DNA of 64,000 nt, taken from Scyliorhinus canicula (Eukaryota). How positions within the stretch are numbered: the first letter of the stretch is position 1; each line of letters opens with the position of its first letter. The notes beneath the pieces were generated by a model, which saw nothing but the letters and a program-made list of their open reading frames with translations, made no database searches and was not told the origin of the DNA. Shown here one piece after another: positions 11,153 to 24,519 of the stretch. The translations under genes were made by a program, and so were the position numbers. The stretch is taken from contig NC_052155.1 in the NCBI RefSeq assembly GCF_902713615.1, forward strand, positions 58,399,654 through 58,463,653, read 5' to 3'.

Positions 11153-13093
11153 AGAGATAGCAGTTTGACCACTTTTCTTGACTTGCATAAATTGTCCATG
11201 CCTTGCTATTGTAAAGGAGTGTGCTGAGAAAACAAACCTGGTGCACATAAAGCTTTCTCTTTTCTGTTAGTTTTCTGTTGGTCCACACTTCCTTCTCAAC
11301 TTTGGCATGGCAGTTGCAGCTATGGCAACCCAGGTGCTGATTTCAGCATCAACGGACAGGTTGCTGGTAATTATTGCTCCAAGGTAGGCAAGTGAGCTTA
11401 TCAATGTTGATGGAAGGTGGAATCTCTACCTCCTCACTCATAACTTAAGTCTTTCTGACGCTGATTGTCAGTCCAAACTCTTGTAGGCTCAGGAGAACTG
11501 ATCTACAAGCTGTTGCAGGGAAACTCATTGTGGAATATTAATGCGGCGTCATCATCAATAGCCACACACGGACTAGGACATTATGCACTTCAGTCTTGCT
11601 GCGTAGTCCTGCCAAGTTAACAGATTGCTGTCAGCTCTGGCATGCAAATAGACATCCTTATTTGAGTTACCGAGAGCACACAATAGCAGGATGGAGTAAA
11701 TTATGCTAAAGGGAGTTTGTGCTAGGATGCAACCCTGCATTACCTGACTGCTGGTCATGAAAGCCTCCAATGATGCTCCACGAACTAACTAAACTGTGTG
11801 TGTTCTTGTGGAAAGAAAAAATGCCCAGGAGTCCAGGTGGGCAACCTAATTTTGCAAGTTTTAAGAGTTGATTTTGCTGATAAAGGGTGAAGGTCGATGA
11901 AGGCAATGTAGAGTGGTTGTGTATTTGCGGTACTAAAGCAGTAAGCTCTGAAGCTGCACTGACTTAGAATAGATGTGTGATGTCAGGGTCTGCAATCTGG
12001 TTCAGGAACATAGCAAGATCTTCCCCACAATAACAAACAGGGAAATTATAATTGTTACAGTTACTGCAATCCTGTTTGTTTTGTAGAAGGTGAATCTATT
12101 TGCATCATGTGTGTTTTGAGCCACACATTCCTTCCAGCTGACTCAGAAGTTTATGGAGATGCTGCAGCAATGCTGATTTTCCACTTTTGATAATTTCAGG
12201 TAAAATGGCAAAGTTTCCTGGGCTATACCACTGGGAAGATGGTCAATGGCCTTGTTGAACGCCACAATGGTAGACTTGCTGGCCAGCTCTATGACAGGAA
12301 AGTCTGGATTGGCACTGAGAGCTTCTTCGGTGACGATGTTCTCAGTTTTGTAGAAACTGAGATTGCTCCACCATCCTTTTCATCTGCTTGCTAGTTTGTC
12401 ATTATCATCCATATTTCTGACTTAAAGGGGGCTGATTTTGTTGCTGCTGGGACTGTTGCTATCTTGATTCCTTCATACATTCAGCTAGCATCCCTGGATA
12501 AAGCAGCAAATGGTTTCAACCACTGCTGGTTGGCGCATTGCCAAGCAGCCTGTTGGGATACGATTTTGGCAGCTCTGAGAGCATCTAGAGTCTAGACTTT
12601 GTTAGAAGAAGTCATACGGACTTGAAACATTAACTCTGTTTCTGTCTCCGCAGATGCTGACAAACCTGTTTGAGTCTTTCCAGCATTTTTGGTTTCTATA
12701 TCAGATTTCCAGCATCCACAGTATTTTGCTTTAATCTAGATTTTGTTTGTTGGGGACGTTGTGGTGAATGTGATTCACACTATATATAGTTGCCAATATC
12801 ACTCCATGTATATATGTTCGTTATCTACCCGTTGTAAGATCAATGCTGTATATAGTTGCCAATATAACTCCGTGTATATATGTTCACTATCCACCATTGT
12901 AAGTGCAGTTGCACTATCCGACCACCAGGGGGAGTCGCTCTGGAAGTACACGAGAGTTTGTACTGGGCTCCTCCCTTGGCTCCGCCCAGGACTCCTCCCC
13001 CTGGGACCGATGTATAAAGATCAGTGCCTTAGAGCCAGCCTGCAGTTCATCTGGAGTTCAACGACGAATAGGCTGGCTCTGTTGTAAGTGTAT

Positions 13094-13443
13094 GTTTGGG
13101 CACCACGGTAGCATGGTGGTTAGCATAAATGCTTCACAGCTCCAGGGTCCCAGGTTCGATTCCCGGCTGGGTCACTGTCTGTGCGGAGTCTGCACGTCCT
13201 CCCCGTGTGTGCGTGGGTTTCCTCCGGGTGCTCCGGTTTCCTCCCACAGTCCAAAGATGTGCGGGTTAGGTGGATTGGCCATGCTAAATTGCCCGTAGTA
13301 TCCTAAAAAGTAAGGTTAAGGGGGGGGGGGGGTTGTTGGGTTATGGGTATAGGGTAGATACGTGGGTTTGAGTAGGGTGATCATTGCTCGGCACAACATC
13401 GAGGGCCGAAGGGCCTGTTCTGTGCTGTACTGTTCTATGTTCT
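13094..13443 (+). mobile_element. HE1-like SINE (TGTTCTA tail) in the Gypsy A 5' LTR
   Basis: Absent from the 3' LTR; flanked by GTGTAT duplication. Confidence 0.92.
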
Positions 13444-13538
13444 GTGTATTAAAGCCTCTGTTCAGATCCAACTACACGTGTTCGCTGAATTGATGGTTCC
13501 ATCAATTTAATACACTTAAGAAGCTGCCGAAGTAAAGC

Positions 13539-14626
13539 ATGGAATCCGCTCTAAAACCAGGACGTCTAGAACTCGATCCGCAGGAAGCAGAGGCGAAAGA
13601 AACCTTCTGCCACTGGCTGAAATGTTTTAAGGCCTACCTGGCCAAAATAAGCACCGCTGAAACTATGGAGGAACAAAAGCTCAGCCTACTGCACGCGAGG
13701 GTAAGCCACAGAATATACAACTAAATCCAGCCGATTCCTACACGGCAGCGCTGGCTATTTTGGACAAAATGTATATTAGGCCCATGAACGAGGTCTTTGC
13801 CCGCCATGTGTTCACGACTCGCCGACAACGGGCTACTGAAACTTTAGCTGAATTTGCACCCGAGTTGAACAATCTCTCAAATGACTGCAATTACCAGGCT
13901 GTAACCGCGGCCGATCATAGGGAGCTTGCTGTGCGGGATGTTTTTGTAGCGGGCCTTCGATCTAGCTATGTACGCCAGAGACTATTAGAAAATGGGGTCC
14001 AGGGCTTAAAGACTACCGTAGAGGCTGCTATCACAATGGAAGTTTCCTTCCGCAGCCTCAACTCGTTTCCCGCGGACCCCGCTAACCCCGCATGGGCCCC
14101 CGACCTGAGGACCCCCCAAGCCTGTGCCGCAAGGCCCCCCAGCTATCGCGCTGCCACAGCCGGCCGCCCTACTGTCCCAGTCAACTACTCAAACTATCCA
14201 GCTGCTCCAGCTAATTACTCAGCTCCCCCAGCCAGCTACTCTGCTCGCCAAACCAGTTATTCAACTGCTCCAGCCTGCCACTTCTGTGGACAAAGCCAGC
14301 ACCCGCGGCAGCACTGCTCAGCCCGATCTGCGACCTGCAGCAGCTACGGGAAGAAAGGCCACTATGCTAAAGTGTGCCTCGGCAGAAGGGCCACAGCCCT
14401 CAACACACCAACAGTCCAAAAACATCGCCCCCAGCACCAGCAGGCCCGCGGGGCCCAAAACGCTGCGGCCTACGCTCAGGCTTCGCCCCCTCCTGCCACG
14501 TGCGATCCATGGGGGCCGCCATCTTGGCAAACCTCCACCATGCGGCCAGCCACGTGCGATTCATGGGGCCGCCATCTTGGATGCCATCTTCATCACCACC
14601 CTCCACGTGCGATCCACGGGCCCTAG
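13539..14626 (+). pseudogene. Gypsy A gag (frameshifted), two CCHC-type zinc knuckles
   Basis: MESALKPGRLELDPQ...; RDVFVAGLRSSYVRQRLLE; CHFCGQSQHPRQHC and CSSYGKKGHYAKVC; frame break near 13720. Confidence 0.85.
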
Positions 14627-14799
14627 CTGCATCACCAGACTCAAACAGCTCATCGGAGGAGTACGACCTCCCCGGGCAGTCACCACAGGGCCCGCAACTC
14701 AGCGCAGTGTTCCTGCATCAAGCTCGCCAGAACGCAGCGGCATCTAATCAACAGGACGCCCGATCGGAAGAATTCGACTCCCCCGGGCACCCACCACGT

Positions 14800-17700
14800 G
14801 GCCCGCAACTCAACACGGTCAACCTCGACCAATCTCGCCCCAAGCATCTGAGAAATTCGATGACGGTGGTCCAGATCAACGGGTACAACATGTCGTGCCT
14901 CTTCGACTCCGGGAGCACAGAGAGCTTCATACACCCAGAACTGGTAAGACGCTGTTCCCTCCCTATTTATCCCGTCAAACAAACTATCGCCCTCGCTTCG
15001 GGCTCCCATTCCATCCAAATCCAAGGCCGCACTACAGCAACGCTAACGATTCGAGGCGCTAGCTATATCAAATTTAAACTGTATGTCTTGCCCGACATCT
15101 GCGCGCCACTCCTCTTAGGCTTGGATTTCCAATGTAATCTCAAGAGTCTCACCCTCAGCTTCGGCGGGCCCCTGCCCCCACTCACTATCTGCAGCCTTGC
15201 CACGCTGCGCATCACCCCCCCCCCTCCTCTCTTCGCCAACCTCACCCCGGATTGCAAACCGGTAGCCACCCGCAGCAGGCGGTACAGCCTGCAGGATAGG
15301 GTATTTATCAGAACGGAGGTCAGTGAGGGGATCATAGAGGCCAGTAACAGTCCCTGGAGAGCTCAGGTGGTGGTCATCAAGACCGGGGAAAAATTCCGCA
15401 TGGTCGTCGATTATAGCCAGACCATCAATTGCTTTACGCTCCTAGACGCGTATCCCCTCCCCAGAATCGCAGACATAGAACATAGAACAGTACAGCACAG
15501 AACAGGCCCTTCGGCCCTCAATGTTGTGCCGAGCCATGATCACCCTACTCAAACCCACTTATCCACCTATACCCGTAACCCAACAACCCCCCCTTAACCT
15601 TACTTTTATTAGCACACTACGGGCAATTTAGCATGGCCAATCCACCTAACCCGCACATCTTTGGACTGTGGGAGGAAACCGGAGCACCCGGAGGAAACCC
15701 ACGCACACAGGGGGAGGACGTGCAGACTCCACACAGACAGTGACCCAGCCGGGAATCGAACCTGGGACCCTGGAGCTGTGAAGCATCTATGCTAACCACC
15801 ATGCTACCCTGCCCTGGTAAACCAGATCGCCCAATATCGGGTATTTTCCACGGTGGATCTGAAGTCTGCATACCACCAGCTCCCAATCCGCCCGGAGGAC
15901 CGCCACTACACGGCATTCGAGGTCGATGGCCACCTCTTTCATTTCCTCCGGGTTCCCTTCGGCATCACTAATGGGGTTTCGGTGTTCCAACGAGCAATGG
16001 ACCGAATGGTAGACCAATACGGGCTGCGGGCCACGTTTCCGTATCTGGATAATGTTACCATCTGTGGCCATGACCAGCAGGACCACGACGCCAACCTCCA
16101 CCGTTTTCTCCAGACGGCCCAAAAATTAAACCTTACATATAACAAGGAGAAATGCGTGTTCCGCACAAACAGACTAGCCATCCTCGGCTACATCATGGAG
16201 AACGGAGTCCTGGGCCCAGACCCGGACCGTATCTTAGAACTCCCCCTTCCCTCAAATGGTGCTTGGGGCTCTTTTCGTACTACGCCCAGTGGGTCCCCCA
16301 ATATGCGGACAAAGCCCGCCCACTCTTTAAGGCCACACTATTTCCCCTGTCTGCTGAGGCGCGCCAACCCTTCAGCTGCATCAGGGACGACATCTCCAAA
16401 GCAGCCATGCGGGCGGTGGATGAATCCACTCCCTTTCAGGTTGAGAGCGACGCCTCAGAGGTAGCGCTAGCAGCCACTTTAAACCAAGCAGGGCGGCCCG
16501 TTGCATTTTTCTCCCGTACCCTATCCGCTTCAGAACTCCGACACTCCTCAGTCGAGAAGGAAGCACAAGCTATCGTGGAGGCTATCAGACACTGGAGGCA
16601 CTACCTCGCAGGTAGGAGATTCACCCTCATTACCGACCAACGTCGGTCGCCTTCATGTTCGACAACTCGCAAAGGGGCAAAATTAAAAATGACAAAATTC
16701 TTCGGTGGAGGATTGAACTCTCCACCTATAATTACGATATCAAATATCGACCGGGGAAGCTCAACGAGCCCTTGGATGCCCTATCCCGCGGGACATGCGC
16801 CAGCGCGCGAATCAGCCGCCTAAAAGCCATCCACGATGACCTCTGCCACCCAGGGGTCACCCGGCTCGTCCACTACATCAGAGCCCGAAACCTGCCTTTC
16901 TCCAACGAGGAGGTAAAAGCGGTCACCAGGGACGGCCCAATCTGTGCGGAGTGCAAACCGCACTTCTATAGACCAGACAGGCCCTTTGAACGCCTTGCGA
17001 TTGATTTCAAAGGGCCACTCCCCTCCAGTAACAAAAACATTTACTTCCTTAACATTATTGACGAGTTCTCCCGATTCCCCTTCGCCATCCCATGCCCCAA
17101 TATGACCTCCCACACAGTCATTAGGGCCCTGCATAGTGTCTTCACCCTGTTCGGTTTCCCCAGCTACGTGCACAGTGACCGGGGTGCGTCCTTTATGAGT
17201 GACGAGCTGCGTCAGTACCTGCTCGACAAGGGCATCGCCTCGAGCAGGACTACCAGTTATAACCCCAGGGGGAACGGACAGGTGGAGAGGGAGAACACGA
17301 CGGTCTGGAAGACCGCCTTACTGACCCTCAGGTCCAGAAAGCTCCAAGTTTCCCAATGGCAGGAAGTCCTCCCTGACATGCTCCACGCAATTAGATCCCT
17401 CCTGTGTACAGCTACCAACCAAACCCCCCACTAGCGGCTCTTCATTTTTTCCTGGGGCACTACCACAGGGGTCTCACTTCCGGCGTGGCTGAGGACGCCA
17501 GGCCCGGTTCTCCTAAGGAAGCACGTCAGGGCGCACAAAACCGACCCCATTGTTGAAAAGGTGCGCCTGCTTCATTCTAACCCACAGTACGCATTTGTTG
17601 AGTTCCCGGACGGTCGCCAGGACACAGTATCCCTCTGGGACCTGGCACCCGCTGGATCCAGCCTCCCATCTACCCCCACCGAGGAACTCCTTTCCCCGTT

Positions 17701-17955
17701 CCCTATGCGGCTGCCCCCTTGCGCCCCCGATTCTGCGAGCTCACCCCACCAGCCCAGGCGCCAGCACCAGCCCGCACCCCGTGCCCCCAGTCTCCATTCG
17801 ATCAGGAGGTGTATGAGGCTCGGACAAGACTCGCCCCGGAGCCGGCAACCGTACCCCAGACCTCGACGCCCGCCCAGCCACCGCAAGAGGCTGCAACCCC
17901 GGTGCTCCGCAGATCAAAACGGACAATTTGTCCACCGGACAGACTGACTCTTTGA
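14800..17955 (+). pseudogene. Gypsy A pol (protease, RT, RNase H, integrase), disrupted
   Basis: LFDSGS; SPWRAQVVV, DLKSAYHQ, YLDN; ESDASE, EKEAQAI; HPG...CAECK; DFKGP, DRGASF, NGQVER. Several frameshifts plus a SINE at 15477. Confidence 0.9.
15477..15814 (-). mobile_element. HE1-like SINE (TGTTCTA tail) in Gypsy A RT
   Basis: Removing it restores PRIADMVNQIAQYRVFSTVDLKSAYHQ; no long TSD. Confidence 0.92.
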
Positions 17956-20900
17956 GCCATCACCCCCGCCGGACTTGATTTTTTAAACAGGGGGTGAATG
18001 TGGTGAATGTGATTCACACTATATATAGTTGCCAATATCACTCCATGTATATATGTTCGTTATCTACCCGTTGTAAGATCAATGCTGTATATAGTTGCCA
18101 ATATAACTCCTTGTATATATGTTCACTATCCAACAATGTAAGTGCAGTTACACTATCTGACCACCAGGGGGAGTCGCTCTGGGAGTACGTGAGAGTTTGT
18201 ACTGGACTCCTCCCTTGGCTCCGCCCAGGACTCCTCCCCCTGGGACCGATGGATAAAGATCAGTGCCTTAGAGCCAGCCTGCAGTTCATCTGGAGTTCAA
18301 CGACAAACAGGCTGGCTCTGTTGTAAGTGTATTAAAGCCTCTGTTCAGATCCAACTACACGTGTTCGCTGAATTGATGGTTCCATCAGACGTGTTTACAG
18401 TTCATGAGGGTTCTGCTCTTCACTGCAGTAACTTGCTCCATTTCAGTCCAATAAGCCTCAAACCAATCAGCATTCCTCTGATCTCCTTTCCTGGATGCAG
18501 TGAGTACAGACTTATAGATGGTGTTGTGCAGATGATCCCACTTTGACACTTCACTTTGTCTTCGGCGTTGCTTTCTGACCAAGGATGTTGATGAACTCCT
18601 CGTCCTTTTCTCAAATCAATGTTATCACAGGTGTTGATCCGAGAATGATCACAAGACCATTAGATAGGATCAGAATGTTAACCTTAAGAGAATCCTGAAC
18701 TAGGACTCTTAAGTCCCTTTGTGCTTCAGATTTCCAAAGCCTTTTCTCATTTAGAAAATAGTCTATGCCTCTATCCTTCCTACCAAAGTGCATAACCTCA
18801 CACTTTTCCACATTGTATTCCATCTGCCATTTCTTGGCCCATTTTCCTCGTCTGTCCAAGTCCTTCTGCAGTCTCCTGCTTTCTCAACACTATCTGCCTC
18901 GTCATATCTTCGTATCATCTGCCAACTTAGCAACAACATCCTCAGTTCCTTCTTCCAGATCATTAATGTGCATCAGCGCAGACCCCTGAGGCACACCACT
19001 AGTCACCGGCTGCCATCCTGATAAAGACCTCTTTATCCCCACTCTCTGCCTTCTACCAGTCAGTCAATCTTCTATCCTCTATCCATGCTAGTAGCTTTCC
19101 CCTAAGACCATGGGCTCTTATCTTATTTTGTAGCCTCCTGTACGGCACCTTGTCTGAGGCCTTCTGGGAATCCAAACACATCATGTCCAGTGGCTCTCCT
19201 TTGTCTAACTTCCTTGTTAACATCTCAAAGAATTCTAACAGATTTGTGATGCATGACTCCCCTTGACGAAGTCGCACCAACTCAGACCAATTTTACCATG
19301 CACTTCCAAGTACACCACAATCTGATCCTTAATAATGGATTTTAAAATCTTACTAACAACCGAAGTCAGGCTAACTGTCCTATAGTTCCTGTCTTCTATC
19401 TCCCTCCCTTCTTAAACAGGGGTATTACTGTCATAAGTCCACAGAGGAAGAAGTCCCGTCACCAGAATTCCTTTTATTTACAAACCCAACAGCTGAACAA
19501 CCATGACCATTCAGTCTGCTGTCCACACCGAGAGTGCAGAAGATCTGACACTCCCCGTTATATACACAGAAAGGGGTTCCCTGATTGGGCCACTAATCAG
19601 GGAACTTGTATTCCAATTGGCCAATCTCAAAGGCCTGGCTTGTCATTACACCCCTTCCCCGCCAAAGTCTGAGGAGCCCCCATGGTCCTCGTGACTTATG
19701 GGTCTCCTGCTTTGTTTTTTCGCCATGTCAGGCTCCTCCACTTTGGCCTCCGATGTATAAACAGTTGGCTCACATCTTTTCTTCCGGCGGCCAGGGTACA
19801 ACTGCGGCATCATCCACGATGTCCATATCAGAGTCCGATGTCCTCACCAGTGGTGTCGGAGGGTCGTGAATAGTTTGTCGGGGAGGACTCTCTACGGTCC
19901 TTGGTATGCTGGTCTGAGTCAGCTCCAGAGGGGGAAATGAATTGGAGGCCCGCACCTGGTTTGGTGTTTCTTTATTACATGTTTTCCCACACGTATCTCA
20001 TACGACACAGGTCCTGACCTGACCTTGACTGTTCCTGCTACCCATGTGGGGACATAATTTATGACCGATACATTTTCACCCTTGTTGAACTGCCTTTCAC
20101 GGAGAGGGTTGTCGTGGCCCCTGCATTGTGCCTCTTCGTGTCGCTCTATTCTGCCACCTAAATTCGGGACTAGTAGACTCAGCCGGGTTCAGAGTCGTCT
20201 GCCCATAAGTAGCTCCACCAGTGCTATTCCCGTTGTGGCATGTGGGGTTGTTCTGTAGTCAAATAGCCAACGCGACAGTTTGATGTCCAATGATGCTGTT
20301 GACTGTTTCTTCAACCCGACTTTTAAGGTCTGGATGGCTCTCTCCGCCAAACCATTCGATGCCGGGTGGTATGGTGCCGTCCTTATGTGCCACATGCCAT
20401 TTGACTTCAGAAATTTTGTGAAGTCCTGGCTGGTGAAAACCGATCCATTATCCGAAACTAACACCTCCGGGATACCATGAGTTGCGAACTAGGTGCGGAG
20501 TTTTTCAATGGCAGTTGTTGAATTTGCAGAGTTCATTTTGTAGACATCCAGCCATTTGGAATGGGCGTCTACTATTATAAAAACATTGAACCCACAAACA
20601 GGCCTGCAAAATCGATATGAAGTCGTGACCATGGTCTACCTGGCCATTCCCATGGGTGCAGCAGGAGCTGCTGGTGGCACTTTCTGCCCTTGTTGGCATT
20701 TTTGGCACAGATCTACCAATGCCGCTATGTCTGTGTCCAGGCCCGGCCACTGGACATAGCTTCTGGCCAGCATCTTCATTTTTGAGATTCCAGGATGCCA
20801 ATGATGTAGTTCAGCCAGTATGGCTCAACGGCCTTGACTTAGAACTATTACTCGAGCCCCCTTTGCAGGATCCAGTCTTCCATGGTGATCTGCTCTCTTC

Positions 20901-21172
20901 TGCTTCAGTAAGGGTGGAATTCCGCCTGGACCAGTCTTTCCATCTCCCCAGTTAGCACCATGTGCTTTATTTTTGATAAAACTGGGTCCCTTTGGGTCCA
21001 TAAACGAATGTTTAGTGCAACCACTGGAAGGGTGTCCAGGAAATGTAACGTCATTGCCGTTTCCTCTATTTTGGATGCTAATGGCGGGGCATCCGGTAAC
21101 GGCAGCCTGCTTAGTGCAAAGGCGCTTGCCACCCTGGTTCCTGACTGATACTCCAGTTGATACTGGTACACC

Positions 21173-21258
21173 GCCAGTAGTAGGGCCCAGCGATAGATCC
21201 GGCCAGTAGTAGGGCCCAGCGTTGGATCCGGCCAGTAGTAGGGCCCAGCGTTGGATCC
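21173..21258. repeat. 3 x 29-bp tandem repeat in Gypsy B RNase H end
   Basis: GCCAGTAGTAGGGCCCAGCG(A/T)T(A/G)GATCC repeated three times. Confidence 0.9.
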
Positions 21259-23023
21259 AGGCCGAAGCTATTGCTGGTATTGCTTTGTCTTTCAACAAAC
21301 ACAGCAATGGCTTGTGGTCTGTAATTATAGTGAATTTCCGCCAGTACAAGATTTCTTCACCGCGAAGATCACAGCCAGACTTCCTTTTCGATTTGGGCGT
21401 ACTTTCTTCTGCTGCTGTCAACGTCCTGGAAGCAAATGCTATGGTCGTTCCTGTCTGTTTTGCCCTCTGTGTGCCAAAACTGCACCAGCGCCATATGGAG
21501 ACGCGTTGCACGTGAGCACGATCTCTTTCCTGGGGTCGTAGTGTGCCAAGACGTTCTCGGAGGAAAGCTTTTCTTTTATCTTCTTGAAAGCCCGGTCTTG
21601 ACGGGTGGACCACTCAATGGCTTGCCCCTTTTTTAGTAATTGGTGAAGAGGGTACAAGATGGAAGCTCTGTTCTGTATGAACTTTCCATAATATGTCACC
21701 AGTCCTAAAAAAGACCTTAACTCCTGGATTGTGGTGGGGGCCAGGGCATCTTTAAATCGACCTCACCCGATCCTCCAAAGGGTGGATCCCTGATTTATCA
21801 ACCTTCTACCCTAGATAGGTTACTGGAGGTGCTAGGAAAACACAGTTCTCCTTCTTTAGGCGCACGCCTGCTGCTGAAAACCTCCTAAGGACTTCTTCCA
21901 GATTGCAGGTGTTCTGCCTTTATTTTTCCTGTAATAAGGACGTCGTCCAGGTAAATGGCGACTTGTGGTAGCCCTTGCAATATATTCTCTATTGTCCTCT
22001 AGAATATCGCACAAGCTAGCCTGAAGGGTAATCTTGTATACTGAAAAAGGCCCTTCAGGATGTTTATCGTTGAGAATTTTTGGGATTCTTTGTCCAGCTT
22101 CAGCTGTAGATATGCATGGCTCATGTCCAGCTTTGAGATTAATAGTACTCCAGCCAGCTCTGCATACAAATCCTCAATTCGGGGAATTGGGTATTTGTCC
22201 AGTTGTGAGTAATGATTAATCGTTTACTTGAAATCTCCAAAAAGGCTGACCGAGCCATCCAGCTTAAGGATAGGCACCATGTCGGCCGCCCAATCTGCAA
22301 ACTGGACCGGTTTTATTATTCCCTCACGCTCTAATCATTTTATTTCCATATCGATTTAATGCGAAGGGTACGTTGTTCCTGAGAATAGCTATGTAGTTGC
22401 CTATCCTCCAGCGGTATCCCTTAACACAGTTTCACTGGTATGAGCTTCTACCTCCATCGGAGTACCCTGTAACTCATGCGCTCCGCTTGCCGCTTTTTCT
22501 AAGGACAAAGCCAGCTGCAATGCTTGTTTGCAATCCAGCTCGGCCTCTGCTAACAGACGGTTCTGTATTGCTAAATTATTTATTCCACATAGCAAACGGT
22601 CTCGGAGCATCTCATTTAGCGTCAGGCCAAATTCGCAAGCCTAATCGCCCTAATCTTGTTAAAAAGTTTGTAACTGACTACCCAGTGTCTCGGAATGCTG
22701 TGTAAAACCAGTACCTTCGCAGGATCAGAGGTGGCTTAGGTTCATAGTACTCTTTTACTAAGTCCGTCAATTCCTGGAAGGTTTTCGTGTCCGGTGCCTC
22801 CAGAAAACTGAGACTGCGCATAATGGCAAAGGCTGATGGCCCACACACAGTCAGCAGAATGACCCGTTGCTTTTCATCCGGAATTATAACGTTTGCTCTA
22901 AAGAAGTACTTCATCCACTCTACATATTGGGCCCAGTCTTCCACTGCAGGGTCAAAAGAGTCCAACTTTCCGAATAAAGACATTTTGCCTGTCAGTGGCT
23001 TACCCTCAATATGCGATAGCACT

Positions 23024-24510
23024 ACATCCCTAAGGCCTTTTTCAAAGCACTAGACAAACTAATCATGGCGTTTGTATGGGGGGCGGGGAAGAATGCTAGG
23101 ATCCCAAAGAAGGACTTGCAAAAAACAAAATCCAGGGGGGGCTTGCCCTCCCAAACCTACAACTCTACCACTGGGTGGCGACGGATGAGCGTGTAAGGGG
23201 ATGGATCAAAGAGCCAGAAGCCGAGTGGGTGCGCGTGGAGGAGACCTCCTGCAGGGGGACTTCACTCCGGGCCCTCGCCACGGTAGCACTCCCATCCCCA
23301 CCCAAACAACACTCCAGCAGCCCGGTGGTAATAGCCACGCTCCAATCCTGGAACCAACTACGGCAGCAATTTGGCCTGACCAAAATGTCAGGTAAAGCTC
23401 CCATCTGTAACAACCATAGGTTCACGCCAGCGCTGGTACTGATGCCACCTTCAAAAGGTGGGGACAGGACAGAGGGACACTGACAGTCAGGGACCTATAC
23501 ACGGACGGCAGGATCGCAACACTGGGCGAACTGACAGAGAAATTCCAGCTAGCCAGCTAACGAGCTAAGGTACCTGCAATTAAAAAACTTCCTACGAAAG
23601 GAGACAAGGACATACCCACAACCACCACGACAGACACTACTGGAAGAGTTACTGATTGCCCGCCGTAGAATCTTGTTCGGCTGGCGGTCAGCAGCACCAC
23701 CCAAAGCTGCAGACTGGCTGTCCGGCCTCTCAGAATCTCTCCAAATGGAGAAAATCAAATTTGCCATCCAAGGGTCAGACGACGGCTTCCACAGAACGTG
23801 GGAGCCGTTCACCCAATTGTTCCGGGACCTGTTCGTGGCCAACAAATAAGCAGAAGAGCAGCCAGGTAGCCAAGAAACGGGAAAGTAGTTGAAAGCATGA
23901 GAGGGAGAGATAGACCGGGAGAGGGAGGGCGGGACAGCTAAATCTAAGAGGAAGGAAAGGCGAACCACAGGGCTGGGTGGGTGGAGGGCAGAAGCGGGGA
24001 GGGGGGGGGCAGAGGGAAGAGACAGGGAACAATAGAGGAGAGCCAGGGAAGGGGAGGGGGAGGCAGGGAAACATTAACAAACTTGTCATCCACAGAAACA
24101 GAGAAAATGGGGAAGACGGGAGGGCGGCAGAAGCGGAAGTGCGCATGAGACGACGTCAGCGAAATCCCTCCGGAAGAAGCAAGGGACAACACCACAAACG
24201 GATGCCTACATATGTGTGTAAATAACTTTGCCAAGGGTACACAGCTGCCGCTGTTGAGCGGGGGCACAATACCGTCCGCTGACTTCGTGGGGAAAATTAA
24301 CACTTCAGCAGCAGCAGCGACCCATGGGGGGTTGGGGTGAGTGCCCCGATGGGAGGGGGTGGGAGGATTGAGGTGCACGGGGTAACGTCTAGTGGACTGC
24401 TGATATATATTCTCTTTATGCACTAGATTAATGTTCACCAAGTTGCTGTGTTAAGATTATTACTATATAATATAGAAAAATTAGCAAAACCTTAATTTAA
24501 AAAAAAACAT
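23024..24510 (+). mobile_element. 5'-truncated L1-clade LINE inside Gypsy B
   Basis: ORF2 C-terminal remnant (GGLALPNLQLYHW...WEPFTQLFRDLFVANK*), G-rich 3' UTR, A-rich tail. Confidence 0.8.
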
Positions 24511-24519
24511 CAGCAGCAA

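Larger units (their letters stand above)
12760..18387 (+). mobile_element. Full-length Gypsy LTR retrotransposon A (decayed; two SINE insertions)
   Basis: LTRs 12760-13504 (with SINE) and 17999-18387, TG...CA; 5-bp TSD GACGT (12755-59, 18388-92); purine tract AAACAGGGGGTGAA before the 3' LTR; gag-PR-RT-RH-IN order. About 12 differences over 389 nt between LTRs by eye. Confidence 0.95.

Noticed and set aside
12903-13298. Recurrent peptide ...VRGFPPGAPVSSHSPKMCGLGGLAMLNCP in many ORFs
   Set aside because: Translation of the SINE body, not a protein family.
21173-21258. 29-bp repeats of CRISPR-like length
   Set aside because: No spacers, vertebrate context, inside retrotransposon pol.
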